DNA of 63,916 nt, counting the filler, from Welwitschia mirabilis (taxonomy: Eukaryota): assembly GCA_051453625.1 (NCBI GenBank). It is 5 parts of one record of this genome, joined end to end, with 100 filler letters (N's around TTAATTAATTAA, not from the genome) between each part and the next. Parts side by side here need not be neighbours in the genome. Positions count along the whole stretch, not along the records: positions 39,258 to 53,062 come from JBOZIK010000001.1; positions 53,163 to 62,601 come from JBOZIK010000001.1; 3 more parts are not named here. One strand, given 5' to 3'. Below the pieces are notes generated by a model. It saw only the letters and a program-made list of their open reading frames with translations. It was not told where the DNA came from and did no database searches. The number at the start of each line of letters is the position of its first letter. The stretch's first letter is position 1. Positions 39,258 through 53,545 of the stretch are shown piece after piece. The position numbers and the translations under genes are program-made.

Positions 39258-42200
39258 AAATCCTATCAAGAATATAATTAAGAAAAGTCAAAGATAGTGG
39301 TCTTTTTTGGTTACCTCATTTAGTTTTTGGAAGTCTATGCACATACACCATTTTCCATCCTTTTTAGGAACTACTGTCAATGAGCTAATCCACTCACTAT
39401 TAGCAATGTAGTAAATAATTCTAGCATTCATAATTTTTATGATTTTATTTTTTACAATTTGCTTAAGGGCTAGATTGAGTCTACATTGGGGTTGCCTTAT
39501 AGGTTTAACATTTTCTTTAAGATAGATTTTATATTATAAAATGAAAGTGGTATGGCTGTTAAATCATTATGAGACCAAGCAAGCACATGAACCTTAGATT
39601 CTAAAAGAGAGATGAGAGTGAATTATTATTGAGGGAAAAGGGTTTTATTGATAATCAATGGTTCATTTAATTCTTTATTCNNNNAAATTCATTTCAGTGC
39701 ACTGTTTAAGAGTTTCATTTTCAAGTTTAAGTTTAGACTTTCAGTTTCAAGAAAATTCTCAGAAAAACTAATTATCATCTTAGCCTGTTGTCTGGATGTT
39801 AGTAGTGAATGACCATTCTCAAAACAAGAAATCTCAGTGTTGCTAATTTTCTAGTATCCTATACATTTTATAAACTCAGGCTCATTACTCTTCAGATTAG
39901 AAAACTCACTTAGTAGATGGTCNNNNNNNNNNNNNNNNNNNNNNNNNNNNNNNNNNNNNNNNNNNNNNNNNNNNNNNNNNNNNNNNNNNNNNNNNNNNNN
40001 NNNNNNNNNNNNNNNNNNNNNNAAACTCACTTAGTAGATGGTCAAACTTAAGTTAATTATTAAGAGCATAAATGTAGTCTACTTCCAATTTATCATCAAA
40101 CAAGGTTGGTTCATGAACGATGAATGATCTTTCCTTAAGTGAATGGTGCTATAAACATAAAGTTTGCTTAATTTCTTTCTTCAAACTCAAATTATTGCTT
40201 AAATCTTTTTTGGCCACATCAAACACTCTTATTGAAAATTGTTTATTTCCAAAATGGCACTTCATCAATCCTATTCTTATATCTATGATACAGTGAGCTA
40301 TTACACAAAAAGCTCTTCCTAGAAGTAAAGGATATCCACCATGGTTCTCAACTTCTAAATAACTACATCGATGGGATAGAAGACTTCTTCTATTTAAATG
40401 ACCAAGTCTTTAATCATACCTAATGGTTTCATCACAAATGTATTAACTGACTCCAAGATAGTATGTGTAGGTTCTACTCTTTCTTCCAAAACAAGATGTT
40501 GACAAATGTGTAAGGATATAATATTGACACTAACTCCAATATCTTTCAAGGCTTTCTTTGAACTTTGGACATTTTTGGTATACCAAGTTACTAATGGATT
40601 AATCTAAGAAGACTTTACTAGGGATGGTTTGTTTTTATTTTATTCTTATTAAGTCTTTCTATCGCTTAGAATATCTTTGGTTTTCTTGTAAAGTTTCTAA
40701 AAAGATAAGTTGATGCTTACATTTTGCATTAAGGCTTTCAAATGATTATCAAAGATGAGGTTTATGTTAAGCCTATCAATCCATAGGATAGCAAGTTTAT
40801 TTTATAAAGAATCTTTCTTTTTGTTGCTAAGTAAGAAAGGAAAGAAATGNNNNNNNNNNNNNNNNNNNNNNNNNNNNNNNNNNNNNNNNNNNNNNNNNNN
40901 NNNNNNNNNNNNNNNNNNNNNNNNNNNNNNNNNNNNNNNNNNNNNNNNNTAGGATAGCAAGTTTATTTTATAAAGAATCTTTCTTTTTGTTGCTAAGTAA
41001 GAAAGGAAAGAAATGGTTTTCTAGGTTTTCTATGTTCTCTTCCTCATCATTCTTATCACTTTGTGAAGTTGAAGCCTTATGGATTGGAGGTGTTATATCA
41101 CTTTCACTTCTTATCACCACCTTACAATCTTTTCTTACTTCACTAGGGTTTAGTAAAGGTTGAGTGACAAGAGACCCTTGTAATCTTTGGTTGGCAAGCA
41201 GGGTTTGTTGTAAAATTTTCACAAGGTTTTCTATGTTAGTGTTTATCTTTTCTTGTGTTTTTATTAACTCCTCAATGAAATTCCTAAGAGGATCCATATG
41301 NNNNNNNNNNAAAGTTTTTTCAGTTTTTAGATTAACAGTTTAAGTGCTCAAATCTATTTCTAAAATATTGGAAGTTAGGATGATATGTTGGAAACTTTAT
41401 AGAGTTTTGTCATTCACTCATCCTATGTTGAAAGTTGTTGTGATTTTGGACTTCTCTTAGGTTGAGTGTTGTTTAAAGGTCATTGGTTAAAGGCATAAAC
41501 TTCCTCATAGATTTTCTCTTTCTAGGTAGGAAGCAAGGAATAATCTTTTGTAATATGATAGCTATCTTCATACAAACCACATAATGGAACTACAACTTCA
41601 CTCTTCTTGGTTGCCACTTTAGAATTAAGGATCATTTGGGTGTATTTTTCTAAGGTGGAGGAAAAATCCTTAATGATATTAGTTAGCTAAGTTTTTGTTT
41701 TATTTTAATTTCTCTCACGTTTTACATCTTTTAGGTCTTTAATTATTTGTCCTATAGTTTAGTTTTATTTAGGTGATGGTTTAGATAAGATTTGACTTAC
41801 TTCTACCAAATCTTTCAACACCTTCCAAGTATTATCTAGGGTTTTGTTTAATAAGTTACGTTCATAAGAAAAATATACAAGTTTATNNNNNNNNNNNNNN
41901 NNNNNNNNNNNNNNNNNNNNNNNNNNNNNNNNNNNNNNNNNNNNNNNNNNNNNNNNNNNNNNNNNNNNNNNNNNNNNNNNNNNNNNNNNNNNNNNNNNNN
42001 NNNNNNNNNNNNNNNNNNNNNNNNNNNNNNNNNNNNNNNNNNNNNNNNNNNNNNNNNNNNNNNNNNNNNNNNNNNNNNNNNNNNNNNNNNNNNNNNNNNN
42101 NNNNNNNNNNNNNNNNNNNNNNNNNNNNNNNNNNNNNNNNNNNNNNNNNNNNNNNNNNNNNNNNNNNNNNNNNNNNNNNNNNNNNNNNNNNNNNNNNNNN

Positions 42201-44975
42201 NNNNNNNNNNNNNNNNNNNNNNNNNNNNNNNNNNNNNNNNNNNNNNNNNNNNNNNNNNNNNNNNNNNNNNNNNNNNNNNNNNNNNNNNNNNNNNNNNNNN
42301 NNNNNNNNNNNNNNNNNNNNNNNNNNNNNNNNNNNNNNNNNNNNNNNNNNNNNNNNNNNNNNNNNNNNNNNTTTACTTATGAAAAGGCATCTACAGGGTT
42401 TGAATGTAAAGCAATAAAGAATCTCTCATAGGTAAAGGCATAATCTTTGTTAGGCATTTATTGGAAGTTGATTACTTTTTTGTTACATTTCTGGATGGTG
42501 ATTTCATTCATGAATCTCTTGATGAAGGCTTTTTAAACTTGACTCCAAGAATTTAGAATTTTGTGAGGAATCATTCTAAGCTAAAGTTTTGCTTTATCTC
42601 TTAAAGTTATGGGAAAGATGATCATGTAGGTTCCATCATTTATTTGTTTCTTACCATTTCTGGAAGTAAGGACAAGTTACTCTATATCGACGATAATTGT
42701 AAAGGATCTTCATCAGGATCTCTACTAAAGGTAGGATAAGCATTTAAGTTACGAAGTTCTATATCATCCCTAGGAGGTAAGTTAAAAAAAGTTTGGATTT
42801 TACATTTCTTATTTACTATAAGATCTCTAAGAGTAACATGGACATTGATTTGAAAAGGAGTGATAGTAAGGGATTCCAATGAGAGGGGAGGATTCAAAGA
42901 GTTAGGTTGTTTAAGCTTTTTGACTAAGACAGATATGGTAACAAAATTAGGCTCTGTAGAAATAAAAGTGAAAATTATAGGAAATTCAAAATCTTATGTA
43001 CCTTCGCTATTTTTACCTGTTTCAATTTCTAAAGTTGTTAAACCTTCTCTGATATTTTCAACAATCAATAACCGCTCTCTCTGATATTTTTCTTTCTTAT
43101 CATATTTAACCATTCATGCTCAGCCTTGGATCTATTAAGTGTCATCCCTACCATCATCCAGACGATAACCTGGATGACAGAAACATAGAAATTACAAGGA
43201 AAAAAAAAGTAGAAAATAGAAATGAAAGATTGACTCTTATAAAAAAAAAAAAAAAAAGAAAACTTAAAAAACAGACTGCCATCCACCTGAGTCATCTGAT
43301 GACCAAGGGGATGATGTGATAAAACCTAAAAAAATAATCAAAAATCTAAAATAAAAAACTTGCAGCATAGAGGCCATTGTCATCGCACATCATCTGGATG
43401 ATAAAGCTGATGATGAAATTTTATTGTAGAACAGAAAAATAAACTTTAATTTGAAAAACAAAAAACTGCCTCTACAAAAATGGGAAACCTATACTATTAC
43501 AAGTACTGTTACACTACTACTGCAGCAAGCATGCAAATCGAAATACTTACTAAAGCAATGNNNNNNNNNNNNNNNNNNNNNNNNNNNNNNNNNNNNNNNN
43601 NNNNNNNNNNNNNNNNNNNNNNNNNNNNNNNNNNNNNNNNNNNNNNNNNNNNNNNNNNNNNNNNNNNNNNNNNNNNNNNNNNNNNNNNNNNNNNNNNNNN
43701 NNNNNNNNNNNNNNNNNNNNNNNNNNNNNNNNNNNNNNNNNNNNNNNNNNNNNNNNNNNNNNNNNNNNNNNNNNNNNNNNNNNNNNNNNNNNNNNNNNNN
43801 NNNNNNNNNNNNNNNNNNNNNNNNNNNNNNNNNNNNNNNNNNNNNNNNNNNNNNNNNNNNNNNNNNNNNNNNNNNNNNNNNNNNNNNNNNNNNNNNNNNN
43901 NNNNNNNNNNNNNNNNNNNNNNNNNNNNNNNNNNNNNNNNNNNNNNNNNNNNNNNNNNNNNNNNNNNNNNNNNNNNNNNNNNNNNNNNNNNNNNNNNNNN
44001 NNNNNNNNNNNNNNNNNNNNNNNNNNNNNNNNNNNNNNNNNNNNNNNNNNNNNNNNNNNNNNNNNNNNNNNNNNNNNNNNNNNNNNNNNNNNNNNNNNNN
44101 NNNNNNNNNNNNNNNNNNNNNNNNNNNNNNNNNNNNNNNNNNNNNNNNNNNNNNNNNNNNNNNNNNNNNNNNNNNNNNNNNNNNNNNNNNNNNNNNNNNN
44201 NNNNNNNNNNNNNNNNNNNNNNNNNNNNNNNNNNNNNNNNNNNNNNNNNNNNNNNNNNNNNNNNNNNNNNNNNNNNNNNNNNNNNNNNNNNNNNNNNNNN
44301 NNNNNNNNNNNNNNNNNNNNNNNNNNNNNNNNNNNNNNNNNNNNNNNNNNNNNNNNNNNNNNNNNNNNNNNNNNNNNNNNNNNNNNNNNNNNNNNNNNNN
44401 NNNNNNNNNNNNNNNNNNNNNNNNNNNNNNNNNNNNNNNNNNNNNNNNNNNNNNNNNNNNNNNNNNNNNNNNNNNNNNNNNNNNNNNNNNNNNNNNNNNN
44501 NNNNNNNNNNAAATACTATAACCTAACCTATAGAAATAATTTGCAATGCATGGAAATAAAATAAAATACACTTGTACAAAGATAATCTAAGAAAAGAAAA
44601 TAATAATGCACTTAACCTAAACTAATCAAATATAACCTTAAGAAAGATTGCCTTATAACTTATATCACAAGATAAACTAACACCGAATCTTAAGCAACAT
44701 AAGCTATGAGGAAGACAATCATTTATATATTAAAGCATAAAAAAGAAATATTTTGTATTAGAAATTACATCACATTTATATTACAGAGTAGCCATACCTC
44801 AATGGAGGAAACACTATCCAACACGAAGAAAATGTCTCTCTGAAACTAAAGGATGGTTCTCCATATCTTCAATCTCCTATCATGAGAATTTTAGGTACAA
44901 ACTAAGATAAAAAGGAGTCAAGGAGAAGACATCTATTTATTAGCTCAAGACAAAAAATAGTATAGACAGAGGGGT
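39258..44975 (-). mobile_element. Second copy of the Athila family seen at 15.7-23.5 kb (RT start, protease, gag, 5' UTR, part of the 5' LTR at 44511-44975)
   Basis: ORFs 40968..41297 and 42682..42897 are homologous to 19500-19810 and 18400-18610; 44511-44940 is the reverse complement of the LTR at ~17260-17680. Confidence 0.9.
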
Positions 44976-45781
44976 NNNNNNNNNNNNNNNNNNNNNNNNN
45001 NNNNNNNNNNNNNNNNNNNNNNNNNNNNNNNNNNNNNNNNNNNNNNNNNNNNNNNNNNNNNNNNNNNNNNNNNNNNNNNNNNNNNNNNNNNNNNNNNNNN
45101 NNNNNNNNNNNNNNNNNNNNNNNNNNNNNNNNNNNNNNNNNNNNNNNNNNNNNNNNNNNNNNNNNNNNNNNNNNNNNNNNNNNNNNNNNNNNNNNNNNNN
45201 NNNNNNNNNNNNNNNNNNNNNNNNNNNNNNNNNNNNNNNNNNNNNNNNNNNNNNNNNNNNNNNNNNNNNNNNNNNNNNNNNNNNNNNNNNNNNNNNNNNN
45301 NNNNNNNNNNNNNNNNNNNNNNNNNNNNNNNNNNNNNNNNNNNNNNNNNNNNNNNNNNNNNNNNNNNNNNNNNNNNNNNNNNNNNNNNNNNNNNNNNNNN
45401 NNNNNNNNNNNNNNNNNNNNNNNNNNNNNNNNNNNNNNNNNNNNNNNNNNNNNNNNNNNNNNNNNNNNNNNNNNNNNNNNNNNNNNNNNNNNNNNNNNNN
45501 NNNNNNNNNNNNNNNNNNNNNNNNNNNNNNNNNNNNNNNNNNNNNNNNNNNNNNNNNNNNNNNNNNNNNNNNNNNNNNNNNNNNNNNNNNNNNNNNNNNN
45601 NNNNNNNNNNNNNNNNNNNNNNNNNNNNNNNNNNNNNNNNNNNNNNNNNNNNNNNNNNNNNNNNNNNNNNNNNNNNNNNNNNNNNNNNNNNNNNNNNNNN
45701 NNNNNNNNNNNNNNNNNNNNNNNNNNNNNNNNNNNNNNNNNNNNNNNNNNNNNNNNNNNNNNNNNNNNNNNNNNNNNNNNN

Positions 45782-48700
45782 AGTTATCATAAAAAAATAC
45801 ACAGTATTCATCTTTTCTCATAATGCTTGTAAATTATTATAGAGATTATATATTTCCCTCCTTTTCATCCTAACTCTTCATTATCATGGAAACCAAGCAT
45901 TTACCTAACTATTTACTATCAAAACAACTTAGAATACCTAATCAAATATGTGTAAGTTGGCAGAACAACACATTTAATTTCTCCTACTAATGCTACCCAT
46001 TCTTTAGCATTTATTAGATTTACTAAATTCATTAGCATCTTTAAAAAGAGTAGGCCAAAAAAGGCTATCATTTAAAACTTTAAATATGATTTTATTCCCA
46101 CTAAAAAAACCATCACAAATATCATTATGTCAAAATTCTAATATACCAATCATTTGATTCTAAAGTACACACCTTCAAAAGACCTGATCACTATGATATG
46201 TAAACAAAAGAGCTGGTTCCTAAGAAATTTAGATTATTGAGATAGAATATTCTTTTGATCATAATAAGACACTTTACTAGGAAGTTTACCCCAGATTTAA
46301 AATTTGAAATATCAGCATGCTAAGGAAAAACATTCATAAAAAATAAATTTTCATTAGGAATATTTTCATTAATTTCAGATGAATCAACAGACATGAAAAG
46401 ACAAGATAAATGATTAGCAACTAGGTTTTCATCTTCAAATCTATCCTTAATTATAATAGTAAATTCTTACATAAGGAATGCCTAATGCATAAGATGAGGT
46501 TTANNNNNNNNNNNNNNNNNNNNNNNNNNNNNNNNNNNNNNNNNNNNNNNNNNNNNNNNNNNNNNNNNNNNNNNNNNNNNNNNNNNNNNNNNNNNNNNNN
46601 NNNNTATAGCTAACTTCTCATTTTTAGTAGCAAAATAATTAAGCTGAGCATCATGAAAGGTCTTACTAGCATAGGAAATGAAAAAGGGTTTACACTAAAG
46701 AATTTAATCTAAGACTACACTTATTGCAAAATTACTTGCATTAATCATCACTTCAAAAGGACAATGTTAATTAGGAGATTGAAGCACAAGTGAAGATGAT
46801 AAAAGATGACTAAGTTTTTGAAATACAAGTTCACATTTAGGTATCTAAGAAAAAGATGCATATTTTCAAAGTATTTCAATTAAAGGTTTACTAAGAGAAC
46901 TAAAAGATGAAATGAAACGGCAATAGAAATCAGCATGTCCTAAGAAAGATCTTATATCTTTAATACAAGTAAGAGTAGAAAGAGAATAAATGATATTAAT
47001 CTTAGAAGGATTTACTTTTATTCCCTCTTTATAAATAATATGACCAAGAACAATGCCTTTAGTAACTATGAAATTATTTTTATCCTAACTAAGCTTAATA
47101 TTATAATTAATATAATGATTTAATATTAACTATAAATAACATATTATTTGATTAAAAGAATCATCATAGAGAGAAAAATCATTCATAAAGATTTTTAAGA
47201 ATTCATTAATAAATTTAGCAAAAAGACTAGTCATACACCTTTGAAAATTTGTGGGAGCATTACATAAACTAAAAGGCATATGACGATAGGCTAAAGTTCC
47301 AAAGGGAGAAGTGAAAGTGATCTTTTCTTGGCTTTTTAGAGCTATAGAATTTGATTGTAATCACTATATCCATCTAGAAAATAATAATAATTATGACCAC
47401 AAAGTTCATCAAGAATTAAATTAAAAAACAAAAAAATAATCTTTTTTAGNNNNNNNNNNNNNNNNNNNNNNNNNNNNNNNNNNNNNNNNNNNNNNNNNNN
47501 NNNNNNNNACAACTTATAAAGGACTCACAATTCACTATCTATAATAGTGTAAATAATATTAGCTTTCCCAAAGTTTCATGATTTCTTCTTTAATAATATC
47601 CCTAAGTTTTAGATTTAGCCTATGCTAAGGTTGATGAACAAGTTTAATAGTAGGTTCTAAATAAATATGATAAGAATAAATAGAAGGATGAACACCAACC
47701 AGATCATGATAAGACCAAGTAAAAACTAAAGAATGGTTAAGTNNNNNNNNNNNNNNNNNNNNNNNNNNNNNNNNNNNNNNNNNNNNNNNNNNNNNNNNNN
47801 NNNNNNNNNNNNNNNNNNNNNNNNNNNNNNNNNNNNNNNNNNNNNNNNNNNNNNNNNNNNNNNNNNNNNNNNNNNNNNNNNNNNNNNNNNNNNNNNNNNN
47901 NNNNNNATTCAATTTCATTTCTTTAAAAACATGATTAAAATATTTAAAATAAAGACATTCTATAGGGCTGCCAATTTCATTTGAATCTAAATAAGATGTA
48001 ATAAGTAATTCATATTTCGCATTCAAATAAAGAATATCATTCAAAATGAAAAATAAATCATAACTTACAGGTTGAATTTTAGGCACAGATAAATATTCCT
48101 TCAATTTAATAGTCTTTTTCTTCTAATTTAAAAAGAAAATTCAAGGTAATAGAAAGATTGTCAAAGATAACTTTTAATAAACTAGATCTACAAATAATTT
48201 TTACATCTACTATAGCAAATCAAGGTCTACCAAGAATAATAGAGTAACTAGTGGAATTTATGAGAACTTTAACAATAGTAAAGTCAATAGGATAAAGTTC
48301 TTTATCAATTTGTATCAAGACATATTTTAAAATTTTAGAAGATTTAACCAAGCTTTAATTAGCCATAGAAAGAATTACATTAGTGGGATCAACATGATGA
48401 AATCCTAAGATATGAAAAATAAGTTCTAATGTAAGATTAACTCTAGCTTCTAAATCTACTAGGGCTTTATCAATAAATATGGTCTCCAATAGTAATAGAG
48501 ATAGTGGGGATCTCGGATCATCAAATTTCATAGGAATTTTTTATTGTAAAAAATAAGTAGTAGGTGCAATGTTTCAATGCTAATTTGTGGGAATTTGATG
48601 GTGTATTTTTAGTACTTATGTAGGATATTTATACAGGTTTTAATGCAATACTGATGATTGTGAAGAATTGATAGGATGATCAGCAAAACATGTGATATCT

Positions 48701-49968
48701 AGCATTTTTGATAGTTTATCAAGCTTATTCTGATATTTCAGGANNNNNNNNNNNNNNNNNNNNNNNNNNNNNNNNNNNNNNNNNNNNNNNNNNNNNNNNN
48801 NNNNNNNNNNNNNNNNNNNNNNNNNNNNNNNNNNNNNNNNNNNTAAGTTCATCTAAGGGACTTCCAGATTGCATAAATTCACATCACAACATGTAAAAAG
48901 ATTAATTGTTCCTCTAAAAGGTTAAATCTTTCTTTTACAAGTGCATAGGTCTTTAAAAAACTTGGCATAGTATGGAATTTGCTTAATCACTTTAAGAAGG
49001 AAAATATTAATGTTACCATCTTTAAAACTTTTATGAATATTATCATAGCTATTAGAACCATTATCAGATTGAAGACAACTAGGAAAAGGAATAAAATCCT
49101 TTGGTTTTATCTTTTGAAACTTTTTCTTAGGATCATATTTAAGATTTTTAGTTATTTTATTTGAATTTAGATCTTCCTTAGTTTAGAAATTCATTTTCCA
49201 CTTCTTAATCTAATGGCATTTGCATTAGTGCATTCTTCCATCACATTAGTTAAGTTTAGGTTAGAAGTAGATTAGAAAGGTAAGCTAAAATAAATCTTCT
49301 TTTCATTTTCTTGTAAGAATGAAAGGAATTCTAATGAAAATTGTTTGCATGAGAGTTAGGATACCTATTGAATGGCATAGGAGCATGATAATTTTGGGTT
49401 AAAGGCATGAGATTCAGAAAGATGATGATGTAAAGCATTTTACACTACTTGAATTTTTCACAAAACTTAATGAAATAACACTCTACTTAATACAACTCAC
49501 AAAATGATGAAATTAAAAAAGGTTGAATTGTAATTTTCTTAAGTCTTCTTGTATTATAATTTAAGATTTTCAAGTTAAGTATATATAACTTCCATTTTTT
49601 TGGCTAATTCATAATGAGATTTATCCTTATAAAAAAGTTATTTAAGTTAAATTTAATTCTAATATGATCATTATCATAAATATAATTCATATTCATAACT
49701 ATGCAAATGTTTCTTGATATAAATCCAAATTTTACCCATAAATGCATAGTATTAAAAATGAAAAGTGATGCATAGAAATATAGTGAAAGTTAGAATGTAT
49801 GCACCTAGAAGGCTTATTAAAGTAATATGATGCTTAAGATCTCATCAATGTAATAGCAATATAAAAAGCACTAGAAAAATGCAACTTTCAATCAGTGTAT
49901 GTAAGTGTTAAAGGAAAAGTATAATATTTCATAACAAAAATAACAAGGGTTCCCTTGCAATGGTATCA
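45782..49968 (-). mobile_element. Another degenerate Athila-like gag-pol (partial gag, protease, RT, RNase H, integrase zinc-finger region) with a decayed PBS at 49951-49968
   Basis: Minus-strand CDGFFSGNKIIFKVLNDSLFWPTLFKDA (~46035-46120); MPFSLCNAPTNFQR (~47235-47280); ORF 47625 VFTWSYHDLVGVHPSI; tgataccattgcaaggga vs the tRNA-Asp PBS (12/18, mostly transitions). Confidence 0.8.
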
Positions 49969-49972
49969 ATTC

Positions 49973-52900
49973 TGAGTGAAGTAAAAACTCAATTTTTAAA
50001 ACAATAATATCATGCTCTAATACTTTACAAAAGTAAATGTATACTTAAAATGATAATTCAACTCAGGGAAAGAAAATTAACTATAGAAAGTTCAAATTGC
50101 ATCATAAAGAAATATCCTAGCCAAATTGATAACATAGTGGAAGTACACAAGTATCGAACCAAAGAAACACTTAACATGAATTCATATGAAAATATTAACA
50201 TTATCTTATCANNNNNNNNNNNNNNNNNNNNNNNNNNNNNNNNNNNNNNNNNNNNNNNNNNNNNNNNNNNNNNNNNNNNNNNNNNNNNNNNNNNNNNNNN
50301 NNNNNNNNNNNNNNNNNNNNNNNNNNNNNNNNNNNNNNNNNNNNNNNNNNNNNNNNNNNNNNNNNNNNNNNNNNNNNNNNNNNNNNNNNNNNNNNNNNNN
50401 NNNNNNNNNNNNNNNNNNNNNNNNNNNNNNNNNNNNNNNNNNNNNNNNNNNNNNNNNNNNNNNNNNNNNNNNNNNNNNNNNNNNNNNNNNNNNNNNNNNN
50501 NNNNNNNNNNNNNNNNNNNNNNNNNNNNNNNNNNNNNNNNNNNNNNNNNNNNNNNNNNNNNNNNNNNNNNNNNNNNNNNNNNNNNNNNNNNNNNNNNNNN
50601 NNNNNNNNNNNNNNNNNNNNNNNNNNNNNNNNNNNNNNNNNNNNNNNNNNNNNNNNNNNNNNNNNNNNNNNNNNNNNNNNNNNNNNNNNNNNNNNNNNNN
50701 NNNNNNNNNNNNNNNNNNNNNNNNNNNNNNNNNNNNNNNNNNNNNNNNNNNNNNNNNNNNNNNNNNNNNNNNNNNNNNNNNNNNNNNNNNNNNNNNNNNN
50801 NNNNNNNNNNNNNNNNNNNNNNNNNNNNNNNNNNNNNNNNNNNNNNNNNNNNNNNNNNNNNNNNNNNNNNNNNNNNNNAAGATCATTTATAATTCACATG
50901 AATAAACAAAGAAGTTTAGAAATTCAAATTTACCTAAGCCATTTTCATATGTAAAAATAATTTTCCTTGAAACGTTAACTTCTTTAATTCATATTAAATG
51001 GGTGTAATTAGGTAATTCAAACATCATAATCCATTATGGATGAAATCTACATCAATTTAGAACCAAAATATAATAGTTTTAAATCTAGATTCTTTGGATT
51101 AACTAGGAAAACCATCTNNNNNNNNNNNNNNNNNNNNNNNNNNNNNNNNNNNNNNNNNNNNNNNNNNNNNNNNNNNNNNNNNNNNNNNNNNNNNNNNNNN
51201 NNNNNNNNNNNNNNNNNNNNNNNNNNNNNNNNNNNNNNNNNNNNNNNNNNNNNNNNNNNNNNNNNNNNNNNNNNNNNNNNNNNNNNNNNNNNNNNNNNNN
51301 NNNNNNNNNNNNNNNNNNNNNNNNNNNNNNNNNNNNNNNNNNNNNNNNNNNNNNNNNNNNNNNNNNNNNNNNNNNNNNNNNNNNNNNNNNNNNNNNNNNN
51401 NNNNNNNNNNNNNNNNNNNNNNNNNNNNNNNNNNNNNNNNNNNNNNNNNNNNNNNNNNNNNNNNNNNNNNNNNNNNNNNNNNNNNNNNNNNNNNNNNNNN
51501 NNNNNNNNNNNNNNNNNNNNNNNNNNNNNNNNNNNNNNNNNNNNNNNNNNNNNNNNNNNNNNNNNNNNNNNNNNNNNNNNNNNNNNNNNNNNNNNNNNNN
51601 NNNNNNNNNNNNNNNNNNNNNNNNNNNNNNNNNNTGTATTTGAGTAAAACTATAACTAAGACTAAAAGTGGTTGACAAATGGGTTTTAGAGTCCAAATTT
51701 GGATTCTAATACTTTAAGATAGAAAGTTTTTAAATGATGAAAGAAATATACTAATAAAATTTTAGAACTAAAGGAGTTATAAAGAAAACATTATGATCAA
51801 AACAAGCTATAAAATTAACTATTCTACTTTGATTTTAAGAGAATAATTCTTGCAATAAAGAATAAATTTGATTTCATAAAAGCATAAATAACATAATTTT
51901 ATATCATTGTATTATTATTTGAAAGAAGAGAATAAAAATTCAACATCAACTACTTTAGAAGAAAAGTGAAATCATAAGAGATGCACTAGAAAATGAAAAG
52001 AATGAAGGAAAAAAGAGAGAAGAAAAGCAAAACACATGTTTTCTTTTAAACAAACAATGACCAATTATGTAAAAAACTTAGATTGCCATAAAAGGTACTA
52101 ATTTTTCTACAATCTAATTAGAATTATTTATGCTACAAGCTATAAAAGATCCATTTACATTAAAAGAAAATCATGAAAAACATGCATGAATTAAGTAATA
52201 AAAAACGTGAAAAACATAAGAGAAACAACACTTATTGATTTTAGAATAATGCACAGCCCTTTCCAGTAGTTCTCCATCAAATTTTTTATAATATTTAATG
52301 CTTTCTCCTACACCACTCAATCACGTATACTTCATCATCCCTACAATGCCCTTTAGATGAATGAAAATCGGAGAAAAGATCATGTAAGGCTCAAAATGGT
52401 TTTGAATGATAGAAAAGATGAGAATGAGGAATGAATAAGGTTTTCAATGTTGCTATAGAGAAAATATCAACTTGGACTAAAGAAAAATGAGAGAGAAATG
52501 ATGAAGAATCTCTTTCCAAAGCTTTAAAATGATAAAAATCGACTAATAATGGTACAATAATGAGATGATTATGGTATGGACACTGAGGGGTATCTTTATA
52601 GGCCCTCTAAGTTCAGTTCTAGGTTGAGGCTTTGTTAAAATCATTAAATTCACACATGTGATTCATGTCTATTTTCAAAAAACTATCACAAGGCACTGCA
52701 TCACTAATTTACTCATGAAAATGGTGCTGCAANNNNNNNNNNNNNNNNNNNNNNNNNNNNNNNNNNNNNNNNNNNNNNNNNNNNNNNNNNNNNNNNNNNN
52801 NNNNNNNNNNNNNNNNNNNNNNNNNNNNNNNNATGAAAATGGTGCTGCAATGCCATAGATAGTTTCAAAAGTTAACTACATCAACTTGTAAAATGTAAAT

Positions 52901-53062
52901 GAGCTTAATTTTATCTCTTATGGCTTACAATATAGGAAATCATCAAATTTGACTAAAAAATAATTATCAATATATAAATTTTAGCTTCTAGAATGCAATT
53001 TTCCAATGTACTAATGTTCTGAAAGGCTTTAATGCAATGCAAAGTTATGTGTCCAATTTCAG
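49973..53062 (-). mobile_element. Gap-ridden LTR-like non-coding sequence (probable 5' LTR of the preceding element, possibly mixed with another LTR)
   Basis: Begins TG 4 nt from the PBS; non-coding and AT-rich; the far boundary is not identifiable. Confidence 0.4.
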
Positions 53063-53162
53063 NNNNNNNNNNNNNNNNNNNNNNNNNNNNNNNNNNNNNN
53101 NNNNNNTTAATTAATTAANNNNNNNNNNNNNNNNNNNNNNNNNNNNNNNNNNNNNNNNNNNN
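53063..53162. other. Artificial scaffold linker 44N-TTAATTAATTAA-44N
   Basis: 12-mer at 53107-53118. Confidence 0.95.
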
Positions 53163-53545
53163 TTCACATCTCTCCTTGTTTTTCATGCTCAAAATCAACA
53201 CTTTTAGCCTTCACACTTACATAAATGTGGTTATGGTTTACTTGGCTTACATTGATTACTTTAAATTTTATAGACTATGAATTTCTTACACAAAACTCAT
53301 GAAGTTATATATAAGAATCCTTCATTGAGCAGAGTTCTTTTAAAAATATAACCCACTTACTTTAGTTGTTTTTATTTTCTTATCTCTTGAAAGCTTTAAT
53401 GCATCATTTTGATCTTATTAAATGTCCAAGATACCTGTCACTTGAAAAGTACAAAAATACCTCTAAATGTAGTATTAAAGTTTGAAAAGTAGTACAAAAT
53501 AATCACTATTAATACCTTATTTTGTTTAAAATGCATGCTTCATCA
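53163..53545 (-). mobile_element. Terminal fragment of an Athila-type LTR
   Basis: Ends ..ATGCATGCTTCATCA (minus strand TGATGAAGCATGC..), resembling Athila LTR starts. Confidence 0.4.

Noticed and set aside
40784..41015. Exact ~66-bp direct repeat flanking a 100-N gap (similar ~20-bp repeats at 39902-40043 and 52715-52852)
   Set aside because: Identical sequence on both sides of a fixed-size gap indicates unmerged overlapping contig ends, not biology.
49961..49968. TGGTATCA as a plus-strand tRNA-Met PBS
   Set aside because: The following bases do not match GAGC and no plus-strand gag follows. It is better explained as part of a decayed minus-strand tRNA-Asp PBS next to the minus-strand Athila gag-pol.
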